64,000 nucleotides of DNA from Selaginella moellendorffii (lineage: Eukaryota > Plantae > Lycopodiophyta). Position 1 is the stretch's first letter. Every line of letters begins with the position of its first letter. The notes beneath the pieces were generated by a model, which saw nothing but the letters and a program-made list of their open reading frames with translations, had not been told where the DNA came from and searched no databases. Below, one piece after another: positions 39,546 through 50,733 of the stretch. The stretch spans positions 859,510 to 923,509 of the forward strand of contig NW_003314312.1 of the NCBI RefSeq assembly GCF_000143415.4. The letters run 5' to 3'. Both the position numbers and the translations under genes were made by a program.

Positions 39546-39800
39546 TTGGACTCGGTCTCGGACTCGATCTCGGACCCGATTTCAGACTTAGTCTCGGACT
39601 CGATCTCGGACCCGATCTCGGACTCGACTTCGGACTCGACCTCGGACTCAGTCTCGGACCCGATTTGGATCTCGGACTCTATCTCAAACTCGGTCTCGAA
39701 CTCGGTCTCGAACTTGGTCTCCGATTCGGCCTCGGACTCGATCCCGGACTCTATCTCAAACTCGGTCTCAGAATTGGTCTTGGACTCGATCTTCAACTTG
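39546..39800. repeat. 6/12-nt minisatellite (gactcgatctcg type) in LTR-B; second copy ~46785-47020
   Basis: Directly visible tandem array in both LTRs. Confidence 0.9.
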
Positions 39801-41146
39801 GTCCCATCGGATGAACTCTTTGTCATTTTGGTCATGCTTTCGGGGATCCTTTAGCCTACGACACCTTGGAGAGTTGATTCTTTACAACTCCACCACCCAT
39901 AGAAGAAGTTTGATGCCCACATCAAACGTCTCTTTTTTTTATCCTACGACTTGTTGACCATGTCTCCGGGGGCATCCCCCCACTTAGCGGTGTGCCTAAG
40001 TTAGCCTCCCCGGCCAAGAGCCCATGACAACAGAATATAGGTGTCCCTATACTCCTCACCTCACCATGCCCTAGTATGGGGTCGGGACTTGAACCTAGCC
40101 TTGCTTTACTAGGGGGTTGGGACTCGAACCCAACCTCTGTAGAATATGTCTACAGATTCGACATCCCCGCAGAGAGTCAGGCGTAGTTCCCTATGTCTGG
40201 TCGACTTAGCTAACCCATGCTAATTAGCTTACCTCCGGCGCACCTTCGGGTCCCAACATATGCCATTGCTCAACTTCACAAATTGATACTTTAATTGAAC
40301 TTTGCATAAGTATATAGAGTTTTGCTTTGCAGAAATTCCTCCATAGATCTCACTCGTTCGCTAGGTTCTCCTCTGGTTCCCATGTTGCTTCGCAGTGTGG
40401 AAATCTTTTCCACTTCACATGGAACTCTCTCACCTCGCGTCCTTGTCGCTTGGTCTTGCGCGCATTGAGGATGGCTTCGACTTCGTATTCCTCTTCCCCT
40501 TGCATAACCTCAGGCAAAGGTCTTACTTGGTCCTTGCGAAGCGGATCCTCAAAATACAGCTTGAGTAAGTTTACATGGAATACGGGGTGCATCTTCCCCA
40601 TCTCTCGAGGAAGTTGAAAATGGTAAACCACTTTACTGATTCGAGCCTCAATCTCATAAGGCCCCGCGAACTTGCTTAAGGAACTCAAGATCAATTCATT
40701 TACAGGAATACATGCATTTTTACCTTTGGGTCAACTTCCGGTTGATCCCACTTAGTAGCCTGAGGTTCTTGGTGTTCAGCCACACCTTCTCCCCAGCTTG
40801 GAACTCTACATCCTGGTGCTTCTGGTTCGCGTACTTAGTTTGCCTTTGTTGAGCCTGTTCTAAGGAATCCCTCACTAGATTCCAAATGTTGAGTCTTTCC
40901 GCCATGAATGCCTCCACTGCGGGTAACTCTCCATGATACTCAGCCACACCGAGTTCCATAGGACCTTTAATAGCTCGCCCATTAATGACTTCCCATGGAC
41001 TCACCTCGATGCTCGAATGTGGTGAGTTATTATAACACATTTCTGCAAGTCCCAAATAACTTACCCAATTGGTCTAGTCTCCCAAGACATAGCATCGCAA
41101 ATAATCCTCCAACTGCCTATTCACCCTTTCCGTTTGTCCATCTGTC

Positions 41147-41498
41147 AAGAAGTGTTAGTGCCATCAAACTTGACTTAATACCCAGGGACCCTATGTGTTT
41201 CTTGCTGAGCATACTCAGCCTGGTTTGAGAAACTCTTGTCATTAGCTTGCACTTGCTAGTATCAAGAACCCTGCGATATTAATATTGGCCCCTCAATATC
41301 GCTAGATGATAGCTTACTATATCTACCAAACACCCTTGCTATCATACCCTTTGTGTTAGTTTCATTTCGGTCCCAAATGCTATTTATGGAATGTGTCTAA
41401 ATTCGCTGATTTGGCATTTACAGAATGTAGAGATTAGCCTAAATATCTAGGATAACTCATCTGGAAAATCCAACTTTTAGGATACATCACGAACTTAC
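41147..41498. mobile_element. Short LTR-A-related insertion in the integrase of element B, flanked by CTGTC duplication
   Basis: Homologous to solo LTR ~42135-42450; splits AYHPQT|DGQTE; CTGTC at 41142-41146 and 41499-41503. Confidence 0.8.
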
Positions 41499-42012
41499 CT
41501 GTCTGTGGGTGATAAGCTGTGCTGAATTTCAACTTGGTGCGATACTGTTCCAGCTGTGTTCTCCAGAACCTACTGGTGAAGATCTTATCTCGATCTGAGA
41601 TAATCTCTTCTAGCCTTCCCCGCACTCGAACCACTTGTTCAAAGAACAGCTTCGCCACACCTTCCGCATCCACTTCCGTTGTGGTGGGTATGAAATGTGC
41701 CATCTTCGAAAATCGATCCACCACCATGAATATCGCATCAAACCCCTCGCTTGGGGGGAGTCCCGTGATGAAGTCCATCATAAGACATTTCCACGGACGG
41801 TCTGGAATTGGGATGCTTTGTAACAAGCCCCCACTAGCCTTAGTCACGGCTTTGACCTGCTAACATGTTGGACATGTCTTTACATAGTCTTGGACGTCCT
41901 TGGCCATATCTGGCCAATGGTACTTCCTCTTGAGTAAGTCCATTATCTTGGGCACTCTACCATGTCCTGCAAGAGGTCCGTCATGACACTCTTCTAAGGC
42001 TACCTTCCTTAG

Positions 42013-43145
42013 TGTCGCGAATGTGACTTCGGGTATCGAAAGTTACCTGTCGGCTAGTCCTTACGGACACTCTTACCTTACTGCCACGATGGCAGGAGGT
42101 CGGTATTGCTGGTTCTCTTTATCAGCCCCTCTTGTTCAAGTGTTAGTTTACTGGGCTTAGCACCTGTACTTAGCCAGATGGACATAAGGTAGGAACTCCT
42201 ATGTGTTTCTAGTTGAGCATACTCGGCCTGGCTCTTAGTTCTCTTTTGCTCTGTCTTGCACTGGCTTGACAAGAACCCTCGCGTATCGAGATTGGTCCCT
42301 CAATATCGCCGAATGATAGCTTACTCTGTCTGCCAAACACCCTCGCTATCATGCCCTTTGTGTTAGTCTCATTTCGGTCCCAAATGTTATTTATGGAAAG
42401 TGTCCAGATTTGCTCATTTGGCATATCTACGGAATGTAGAGATCGGCCTGAACACAATGGTGTTCGTCCCGTGTCCAAATTCGCAATTTAGGGACATTCC
42501 ATATTTAGTAAGTTTCGAGCTTGTCCCAGAGACTAACTCCTGGTACTAAGGGAGGCTTGGGGTGAAAGCCCAAAGCGTGTGTTCCTCAAAGGGGGGGGGG
42601 GGATATGGGGGGTTCCAAATGTATAGTAGGGATAGTGGGTAGGTCGGGCATGGCCGACCAACCTGAGGCATAGTCTAGCTCCCGCTTGCGTGCCTGTCCT
42701 TGTTCTGCGTCCGGCTTGGGTCTAAGCCCAAGTTCCATTCCATGCTAGCTGGTGGAGTACCCATGTTCTCGCGTTAGGCCACCGGTATGCCGAAATAGTG
42801 CCAGACTCCGTTTGGCTCCGTTTTGCGTGCTAGTCCTGGCATTGGGATGCTGGTTACTCTAGGACTGTTCCAAGTCGCTCTGGGCCCCTGTCCCTTCGTT
42901 CCTTGGGCTTTATGCTCGGGAGTTGCTCCGTGGTTCGGTTCCGTCACTCCTTGGCTTCGTGCTTAGGAGTTTGGCACCGTTCCTTTGTTCAGTGGCCCAA
43001 GGCCCTGAACCTCAGGTTCCTATGGACACATGGCATGGACACGTGGCATCTGTCACGTGGCACAAAGAGGGTTTAGGTTCCGCTTCGTGGTGTTATCCTA
43101 TGGTAAATCACCATAGGATAAAGGGTCAAAACCACGTGCGCTACA
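42013..43145 (+). mobile_element. Family-A solo LTR inserted in element B
   Basis: TGTCGCG...CGCTACA with TSD CTTAG (42008-42012 / 43146-43150); largely the reverse complement of 31675-32595. Confidence 0.93.
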
Positions 43146-43233
43146 CTTAGTTTCCCTTCTGGAACATACACCCTCGTTTGCTTGTAATATATGAATCTGT
43201 TACATTCCGCATAGCCCATTTAGCCGACCACGG

Positions 43234-43599
43234 GCAATGCTGCCTCTCGTGGTGAACCGGCTCCACCTTGCTCCACCTGGAAGTTCTCAAGTCCAGCACC
43301 ACCACTCCTTCCTGCTGCTCCACCCGGCGGTGCGAGCTCGAGACGTACACCAGGTGATCCACCGCCGCGCACCTCCAGTTGTGCTGCGTCACCTTGCCCC
43401 GGAACACCAGCTCGTAAAACTCCTCTGGCATCGCACTGATAAACTCCCACCTCGCCCCCGGAGGAGCGCCATCGATGAGCCTCCACACTTGCATTCGGTT
43501 CCCATCGCGCCTCAGCGGCGTGCATGCCACCAGCAGCAGCAAGCTCCCCTCCGAGTTGAGAAGCTTGAGCCCCCACCGGCACTTCCTCTCCAGCTGCGG
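43234..43599 (-). other. Captured GC-rich host fragment (F-box/kelch-like beta-propeller C-terminus) in frame within pol of element B
   Basis: 366 nt bounded by CCG copies; encodes LLLVA...MQVWRL.....WEFISAMPEE....F.....C.AVDHLVYV......VVVLDLRTSRWSKV. Confidence 0.7.
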
Positions 43600-46500
43600 C
43601 GGATTGTTCTCGTATGCGGTCCGCACATCATCCCAAAAGATTGCTGTCGCGCTGGATATCGCTAACTTCAAGCTCACTTTTCGACTTAGTGCATTTGCCA
43701 CGATGTTGCTCTTCCCAGGCTTGTACAGAATCTCGCAATCAAACTCGGCCAAAGCAATGGCCCACCGATTTTGTTTCCCTCTCAGGTCGGGCTGTGACAA
43801 GAAGTGTTTCGTTGCCACATTGTCCGTGTAAACCTTGAAGTGTCTCCCAAGGTAGTGTCGCCACTCCTTAAGCGCCTTGACCACCGCAAACAATTCCTTT
43901 TTATGGGCAGGCCACTTCCGTTGAGCCTTGTCCAACTTCTTTGAGAAGAATGCTACTGGATGGTTGTCTTGCTTCAAAACTACGCCCAATGCAAAGTCTA
44001 AAGCATCTGTTTTTACCTCAAAGTCCTTACAAAAGTCTGGTAACGCCAACACGGGAGATTTCCTCAACTTCCCCTTGAGGTGGACAAATGCCGCCTCGCA
44101 TTTCACTGTTTATACCATCTTCCTTTTTCCCATTTGGGTAAGGCTACTCTCGAATAGTGTCTGATAAACTTTCGATAGTAGTTGCATAGCCCCAAGAATG
44201 CCCTTAACTCGTGTATATTTGATGGTCACTCTCAATCTTGGATTGCTTAGACCTTCTTAGGGTCCACCTTGAGCCCGTCCTTGCCCACCACATGCCTGAA
44301 AAACTTTACTTCTTGTTGAGTAAAGTCATATTTGCTCTCTTTAGCATACAGTTGGTGTTCCCTTAGTTTCTCAAACACGTTCGTCAAGTGTTTGACATGC
44401 TCCTTTAGCGTTTCGCTATAGATCAGGATGTTGTCAATATAGACGACCACAAAGTGATTCAAATAGGGTACAAAGATATGGTTCATCAACGCCAAAAACA
44501 TTGCCAGCGCATTGCATAGGTCAATCCTCGAAAAGTATTTTGCCTTTCCCAACCTATCGAATAGGTCCTCAATCCTTGGCAAAGGGTATTTGTTCTTCTT
44601 TGTATACTTGTTGAGCAACCGGTAGTCTATGCATATGCACATAGATCCATCTTTCTTTTTCACAAATAGATCCATCTTTCTTTTTCACCACCTCAGCACC
44701 CTCGGCCAGTTCAATCTTATGTTCTATCGGTCGTGCGGGGGGCAACCCCGCCGGTAGCTCCTCCGGCATGGTATTTTGGAATTGGTCCAACACCCGTTAG
44801 ATCACTAAAGGTACTTCTTCCGTTCCTACCTTTTTGTCACTCCTCCCCGAGAGTAAGCACAAAAATGCTGCCTTGGTCCCTTTAGTGAGTTGTCCTCTCG
44901 TGGACACCAGGTTTAGGCACGAATCTTTGGCCTTGCATTACCCTACCTTTAGATCCTGGGCCTCCACCTTGGATCTTCTTCCTTGGGCATTCGTTAGTAC
45001 CAGAAGGTTCCTACCTTGTCCATGCAGGGCTACCACGAACCGATTGAATTAATCCATCCCGAAGATCACGTCAAATCCCACCATGTTCAACACGGTGAAA
45101 TCCATGTCTACTTTCCAAGTCCCTACTTTGACTCTCGCTTGTCGAAGTACCTCATCCGTGTTTTGGCTACCTTGAACAAACTCTATAGTCCTTGGTTTGC
45201 AAAACCGCTGCACCGTTAGTCCGGCTTGCCGGACTATGTCTGCAGCCACAAAATTATCCGAAACACCCGTGTCAATAAGGATCTTAACAAAGCTACTTCC
45301 GAGCTTCTCTCGGAGGGCTAATAGATGTCGCAAACGACTCTCTACCAAAGTTGCTCGTGTAATGAGTAACTTTGAGCTAGGGACTAGATCATATACCTTA
45401 ATTTGGATTTCACCCGACTTAATGGCCATATTGGCTCTGGCCTTCTTCGAGTAGGGACATTCCCTCGAAAAGTGTCCCACTTCACCGCAGTTGTAGCATA
45501 TGTTGTTTCCCACGTTGCTAAATGACTTGACCTTTTTATCCGTGGGTTTATCTCTTTTTGCTTGACTCCTCCACGTACTTGCTCGCTAGCTACCGGATTT
45601 GCCTTTCCGGAACCCTGAGGACTTATTCTTAAAAAAACTCTTCTTGAATTTCCCTTTGCTATATATTCCCCTTGGTTTGGCCCCTTTGCTAAACGTGGAC
45701 CCCGACCTCGTCGTGTTCCCCTTTCACAGGTTATCGTTGAAATACACCTTGATAACCGCATCCAATGCTTCTTTGTAATTAGTCGGGTTCCAACGCATCA
45801 CCTCGCTGCGAGCCTAGGTTTGCAAGCCTGATATAAAGGCATGGAACGCATCCATATCCCCCATGTCCATGACAAGTATCTTTTTTGCCATAAACCCATT
45901 CACATACTCCTGAATGGTTCCTGTCTGCTTCAGCTTACTCAGCTCGTCTCTTAGATGCAGAGTAGCATTCGGAGGAACGTAAGTCGCATGGATCCTCGCC
46001 TTCATCATGTCCCAAGTGGCCACTGGTCCTTCGTTGGCCTCCATCATTCTCCACCAAGACTTGGCATTATCTGCCAAGTATAGTTTTGCATATGGGACCT
46101 TCTCCGAGCTTGGTAACCGCAACGCTCGGAAGTAGTCCTTCATATCATAAAACCAATCCTCCACCACCTTATAGTTGTTCACTCCCTTGAAGACCGGTGG
46201 GGGCTTTGGTTTGTACTTGGGAACTACCTGAGGAACTGATTCCACTTCAGTCTGTTTGACCTTGTTTAGTTCTGCCTCAGTCCCTACCGAAGGGTCCACA
46301 CCTTCTGTGCTGCTAACATCCGTAGTCTTTCACTTTTTCTTCTGCTTCTTGTCATACTTTAGCCCGATATGGGTACCTCTACCCCCCCACTTCCATCCCG
46401 AAGGAAGGCCCAAGCCCCTAGGAAGGGCGAGGACCAATGAGCCGTATGGTACTCAAGTGGGGCACCACTCCACATGAGTCGGGAGCACTACAGTCGGTTT

Positions 46501-47906
46501 CCCTTTTGGGAGTGGGAGCTGCTCTTGAGCAGTTCCTGGAGTGGCCCCTCCGGCACCACCCAAGTCCCTGCTCACTCCCACCCAAGGCCCCTTAGCCCCA
46601 GTCTCAACCTCAAGTCAGTTTGGAAGCACCATTGGAGAGTTCCTTCAAGACTGGTTCCTGGACCTCACTATCCCTGCTATACTTTTGGAACCCCTGGCAA
46701 CCCCCCCCCCCCCCCCCCCCCCCCCGCCCCCCCTGCTAGGAGACGCATGCTATGGGCTTTCACCCTTTGACCCGTATTAGTACTCGGACTCAGTCTTGGA
46801 CTCGATCTCAGACCCGACTTCAGACTCGGTCTCGGACTTGATCTCAGACTTGATCTCGGACTCGATCTCGACTCGACCTCGGACTCGGTCTCAAACCCGA
46901 TTTGGATCTCGGACTCTGTCTCGAACTCGGTTTCTGATTTGGCCTCGGACTCGATCCCGGACTCTATCTCGAACTCAGTCTCAGAGTCGGTCTTAGACTC
47001 GATCTTCGACTCGGTCCTAACCGATGAATTCTTTGTCATTTTGGTTATGTTTTCGGGGATCCTTTAACCTACGACACTTTGGAGAGTTGGTTCCTTACAA
47101 GGGGCTAATAAAGGGAACCAGCAGTACCGACCTCCTAGGTTTGAATAATATTGAGTTAAGTGACCTCTTAAAAAGTCCAAATTGAAGAGCTTATATTTTG
47201 TTTTAGAACAATCTTAAGTTCGAATTTGTTAGTTGGATAAAAGAATCACGTCATATGTTGCAATTGATATTTAGTAAGTCTAGTTTGTCTTTTGTTGGGC
47301 TCAACTTGAGGGGTAGGGTGTCAAGAGAGCAGAGCTCTCAGGAAAGCCACGGCTTTTAGCTTCCATTCACGAAGGTGTAAATTTGCAAAGAAGAATAATA
47401 GATTATAAAAAACTAAAAAGAATTACTTAAAAGATGATTCACAGGGTTCAAATATAAAGGGAAAGTGCCTATGAATAAGAGTATACCCTTTTTTTCAATT
47501 AATTAAGGGTTTTAAGATACTTAGGGTTAAATGTCTTTAGGTTGAATAGTATTGGGCTAGGAAATCTAAATTCAAAAGCTTACACACCCTTTAATTTTTC
47601 CTTTTCACTAGCACTATACTAGGGATTGACTAGGTTACAAATATATGGCAAGCAAGGGTGATGGAAATTTCTTACTTTTGGTTGTTTGTAAGTGCTTATT
47701 GATAAACTCTTTTAGCCCTTCTCGCCTTTTTGGCTTCTTATAGGTGCTCATTGATTAGCTCCTTTGGCAATAAGGCCAAAGGAGAATTGTGAGGCTTCTT
47801 TATTGAATTTCTTGGAGAATTGGTAGATTCTCAATGTGGATTGGAATGCTTTAGGGTATATACAATTGCTCTTAAAGGAAAAACAGATTGTTTTTAAACC
47901 ATATAT

Positions 47907-48168
47907 TTTAATGTAATAATGGATAAATTTTTAGTATGAAAAGAAGTTTTAGTAGGAAATTAAAATGGAAATATAATGAGAGATTAGTAATTTTCAAAAA
48001 GAAATTACTTACACATAAATAAGTTAATCACCTTTTATGTTTTAATGTAATAATGGATAAATTTTTAGTATGAAAACAAGTTTTGGCAGGAAATTAAGAT
48101 GTAAATATAATGAGAGATTAGTAATTTTAAAAAAAAAACTTATAAATAAGTTAATCACCGTTTATGTA
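47907..48168. repeat. Two-copy ~130-bp AT-rich tandem duplication
   Basis: tttaatgtaataatggataaatttttagtatgaaaa...ataagttaatcacc occurs twice in tandem. Confidence 0.85.
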
Positions 48169-48779
48169 TATTATTAGGTTATGAAAGTAACCTTATTATT
48201 AACTTAAAATTATATTTATATCATGCTAGAACGATATACCTTGTGCTAGTTCTATACTTAATCATGTACACAGTTTTAGAACAATAACATTTAAAAATCT
48301 ATAAGAGATTTAGAGTATTTATATATTCAAATAACTATTCCAACTCAAGATCTTGGAGAAGACACTTGTAATACCAACCGAAACCTGATATTAATATCTC
48401 TCTATCTTTTGTGAGACTTCCAAGGACTTTCCAGGAGATTATCTAGCTAGTATTATTTAAATTTAAGAACACTTAACCCCAAATATCCTAAAAATTTTAA
48501 TTAATTAAAAAATAGGGCATATGGGTCCTTTCTTTTTATATTTGAACTTTTGTAAATTATCTTTTAAATTGTTCTCTTTAGCTATTTACAATTTAATAAT
48601 ACATTCATCTGAATTAAAATTTCATGTATCCTTTCAAACTCAAGTTCATAAAAGTTAACAATTGGCCTTTCAACAGATGATATATAAAATGCTAGAGGGC
48701 TTTGTGTGTGGCATGGTAAAGATCATTTATGATCCACATGTCAAACTAGTGGCTTGACAAACATCTCAAATGTGTTGGA

Positions 48780-49090
48780 CTGCCTTCATTCTGTGTGCAA
48801 AGAGCTCTAATACAAGGTCGTCTTCCCCATTGTCTACAAGCCTAAGCATGAGAGCGTTCCAGGACACCGAACACCTTCCAAGCACTACCGTATTTAATCG
48901 ATGTGTTCTCCATGATAAATCATCAATCCCCAGATCTTCCTAACGCCTTGCAGATTGCAGCCAAAGTAGCGATGGAACTCAAGAATTTGGCAGCAGCCCA
49001 CGAGTCTCCATGCGACCACTGCCGCTTCATCCCCTCCATTCTCTGGGCATTCTCTCCACAAACCTCAAAGCGATGATCTTAAAGATACCA
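48780..49090 (-). pseudogene. PLS-PPR pseudogene fragment
   Basis: KYGSAWKVF/VSWNALML..VDNGEDDLVLELFAHRMK in broken frames. Confidence 0.55.
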
Positions 49091-49187
49091 TTATTTAGTC
49101 ATAGTTTGAAAGAGAGGAGAGCGTGTAGGTTTTCTGCGCTCGCATAGGAACACGAGTAAGGATTCAAGGACCATCGACGTCAAGGCC

Positions 49188-50481
49188 ATGAGCACAGTGG
49201 TGGATTTCAAGCCTCCGTCGGCCTGGAGGCGGCCACAAGATGGAAGCAAATGCGGGTTCAAGCACAAGGCCATGGTGAGGTTCCTGGCACTCACGAGACG
49301 ACGGCTTTGCGTGCTGGGTTTGCACAGCACCATGGATTGCACAGCTCCTCAAAGTGGGTCTTCAGGAGATCTGGAGGGCAGCAGCAACTGTGATTGCTGG
49401 TGCGGATGTGGGAGGAGGCAAGTGCTTGCATCAATCCTGGGAACATCGCTAGCAACGAGTGAGGCTGGACTACATGCAGGTGGCCTTGACGATGGCTATC
49501 TAGTAGTAACAGTTATCCTTTTCTTCGCAACTTTTCCTTGTTCTTCTTTCTTGCTCTTCTCTTACGCAGCAAACGCTGAGAGCAGTCCATCCGAAAAGAC
49601 CTGACTGGTACGAGGAGTTCTACGCACAAAGCATAAAATGTGGAATGGTGGCTTACGAGGCTGAGGTGAACGACTTGCAAACTCTCGATGAAAATCTTTT
49701 CTTCCATGAAATCCTTCTAGGCGGCGAAGTACAAAGAGAAACTGTTCGAGAGCCTGAGACAAAGATCGGCTGCCACCACTGTTTTGGAGCTCGGTGTCGG
49801 CACGGGTCCAAATCTCAAGTATTACGCGAGATCAGGGAGCGGCATGAGTGTCATTGGGATCGATCCCAACGAAAAAATGGAGAAGTACGCTCGAGCTGCT
49901 GCAGCCGATGCCGGGCTATCGAATTCCCAGTTCAAGTTTATCCATGCCGTGAGTTGCGACAAAGTTCACAAGTTCATGAGTTTCTACTCTTTTTCTTTCC
50001 AGGTTGGAGAGCAAATACCCCTCGCCACTTCGACCGTAGATTCGGTCATCTCAACTCTGGTGCTGTGCTCGGTGAAGGATCTAAATTCAACTCTCCAAGG
50101 TTGAGTTTTTTCTCTCTCGATCTTCCGTTTAACACTCCTTGAATTAATGTAGAAGTGAAGCGAGTCCTCAAGCCCGGAGCTACGTTCTACTTCCTGGAGC
50201 ACGTTGCGGCTCAAGGTACTGGCTACTGGAAACTCTCCTTGCGCTCCTGATCTCAGTCTCTCGCGTGAATCAATCCAGAAGGAAGCAGCGTGAGATTCTG
50301 GCAAAACGTTCTCGACCCCGTCCAACAGTTCGTCGCCGATGGCTGCCACCTCACCCGTGACACTCTCTCCGGCATCCAGTCCGCCAGCTTCGCGAGCGTC
50401 GCGGCGGACCGAATCAACATCAGCAGCGCCTTCCTGATCTCGCCGCATGTCATAGGGACCGCGCAATCTTCACGGTTGTAA
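49188..50481 (+). CDS. SAM-dependent methyltransferase type 11 (METTL7A-like, probably plastid-targeted)
   Basis: CGCGRRQVL, VHPKRPDWYEEFYA, VLELGVGTGPNLKYY (motif I), GIDPNEKMEKYA, TLVLCSV, VKRVLKPG..YFLEHV, DGCHLTR. Start codon uncertain. Confidence 0.9.
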
Positions 50482-50637
50482 CAACAAAAATTTGATCCTC
50501 GGTGGAAAAATGGAATCACGACCATTCAAAGAGCTGCAGCTCAGAGCGGCGTGCCAGGAAAACAATTTCGAGGTAAAGTCTCCATCCACCTACTTACATC
50601 GTCCTTCGCATTTAAGCTCGCGGCCACCGCGAGTTTT

Positions 50638-50729
50638 AGAGAGAGCGAGCGAGCGAGTGAGAGATCATAGAGTGAGCGAGCGAGCGAGCGAGCGAGATTA
50701 AACTCGAGGAGGGAAAAGAGCGAGCGAGC
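50638..50729. repeat. (GAGC)n/(GA)n microsatellite just upstream of the 50734 ORF
   Basis: Visible tandem gagc units. Confidence 0.85.
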
Positions 50730-50733
50730 ACAA

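Larger units (their letters stand above)
38749..47099 (-). mobile_element. Degenerate Ty3/gypsy chromovirus element B nested in the 5' LTR of element A
   Basis: Termini TGTAAG...CTTACA with TSD AGGGG (38744-38748 / 47100-47104). LTR 38749-39886 and truncated LTR ~46361-47099. Gag, CCHC, protease DTG, RT (YIDN), RNase H, integrase and chromodomain EYEVEAIL..VKWK..ATWEP. Confidence 0.93.
31675..47137 (-). mobile_element. Degenerate Ty3/gypsy chromovirus element A (interrupted by element B)
   Basis: 3' LTR 31675-32595 (TG...CA) and PPT 32596-32608. Internal order: chromodomain ~33240-33370, integrase, RNase H (HCDASGYAIG), RT (YIDD), protease (DTGA), gag CCHC. PBS-iMet TGGTATTAGAG at ~38076-38086; 5' LTR 38089-38748 continues at 47100-47137. 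Many stops. Confidence 0.92.

Noticed and set aside
39546-39800. Short regularly spaced repeats considered as a CRISPR-like array
   Set aside because: No unique spacers; a minisatellite inside eukaryotic LTRs.
40078-40155. Possible tRNA gene
   Set aside because: Only T-arm-like hairpins; no acceptor stem or D arm. Kept as a structural finding instead.
44641-44690. ~26-bp tandem duplication with adjacent deletion in the RT of element B
   Set aside because: Ordinary decay or repair scar.
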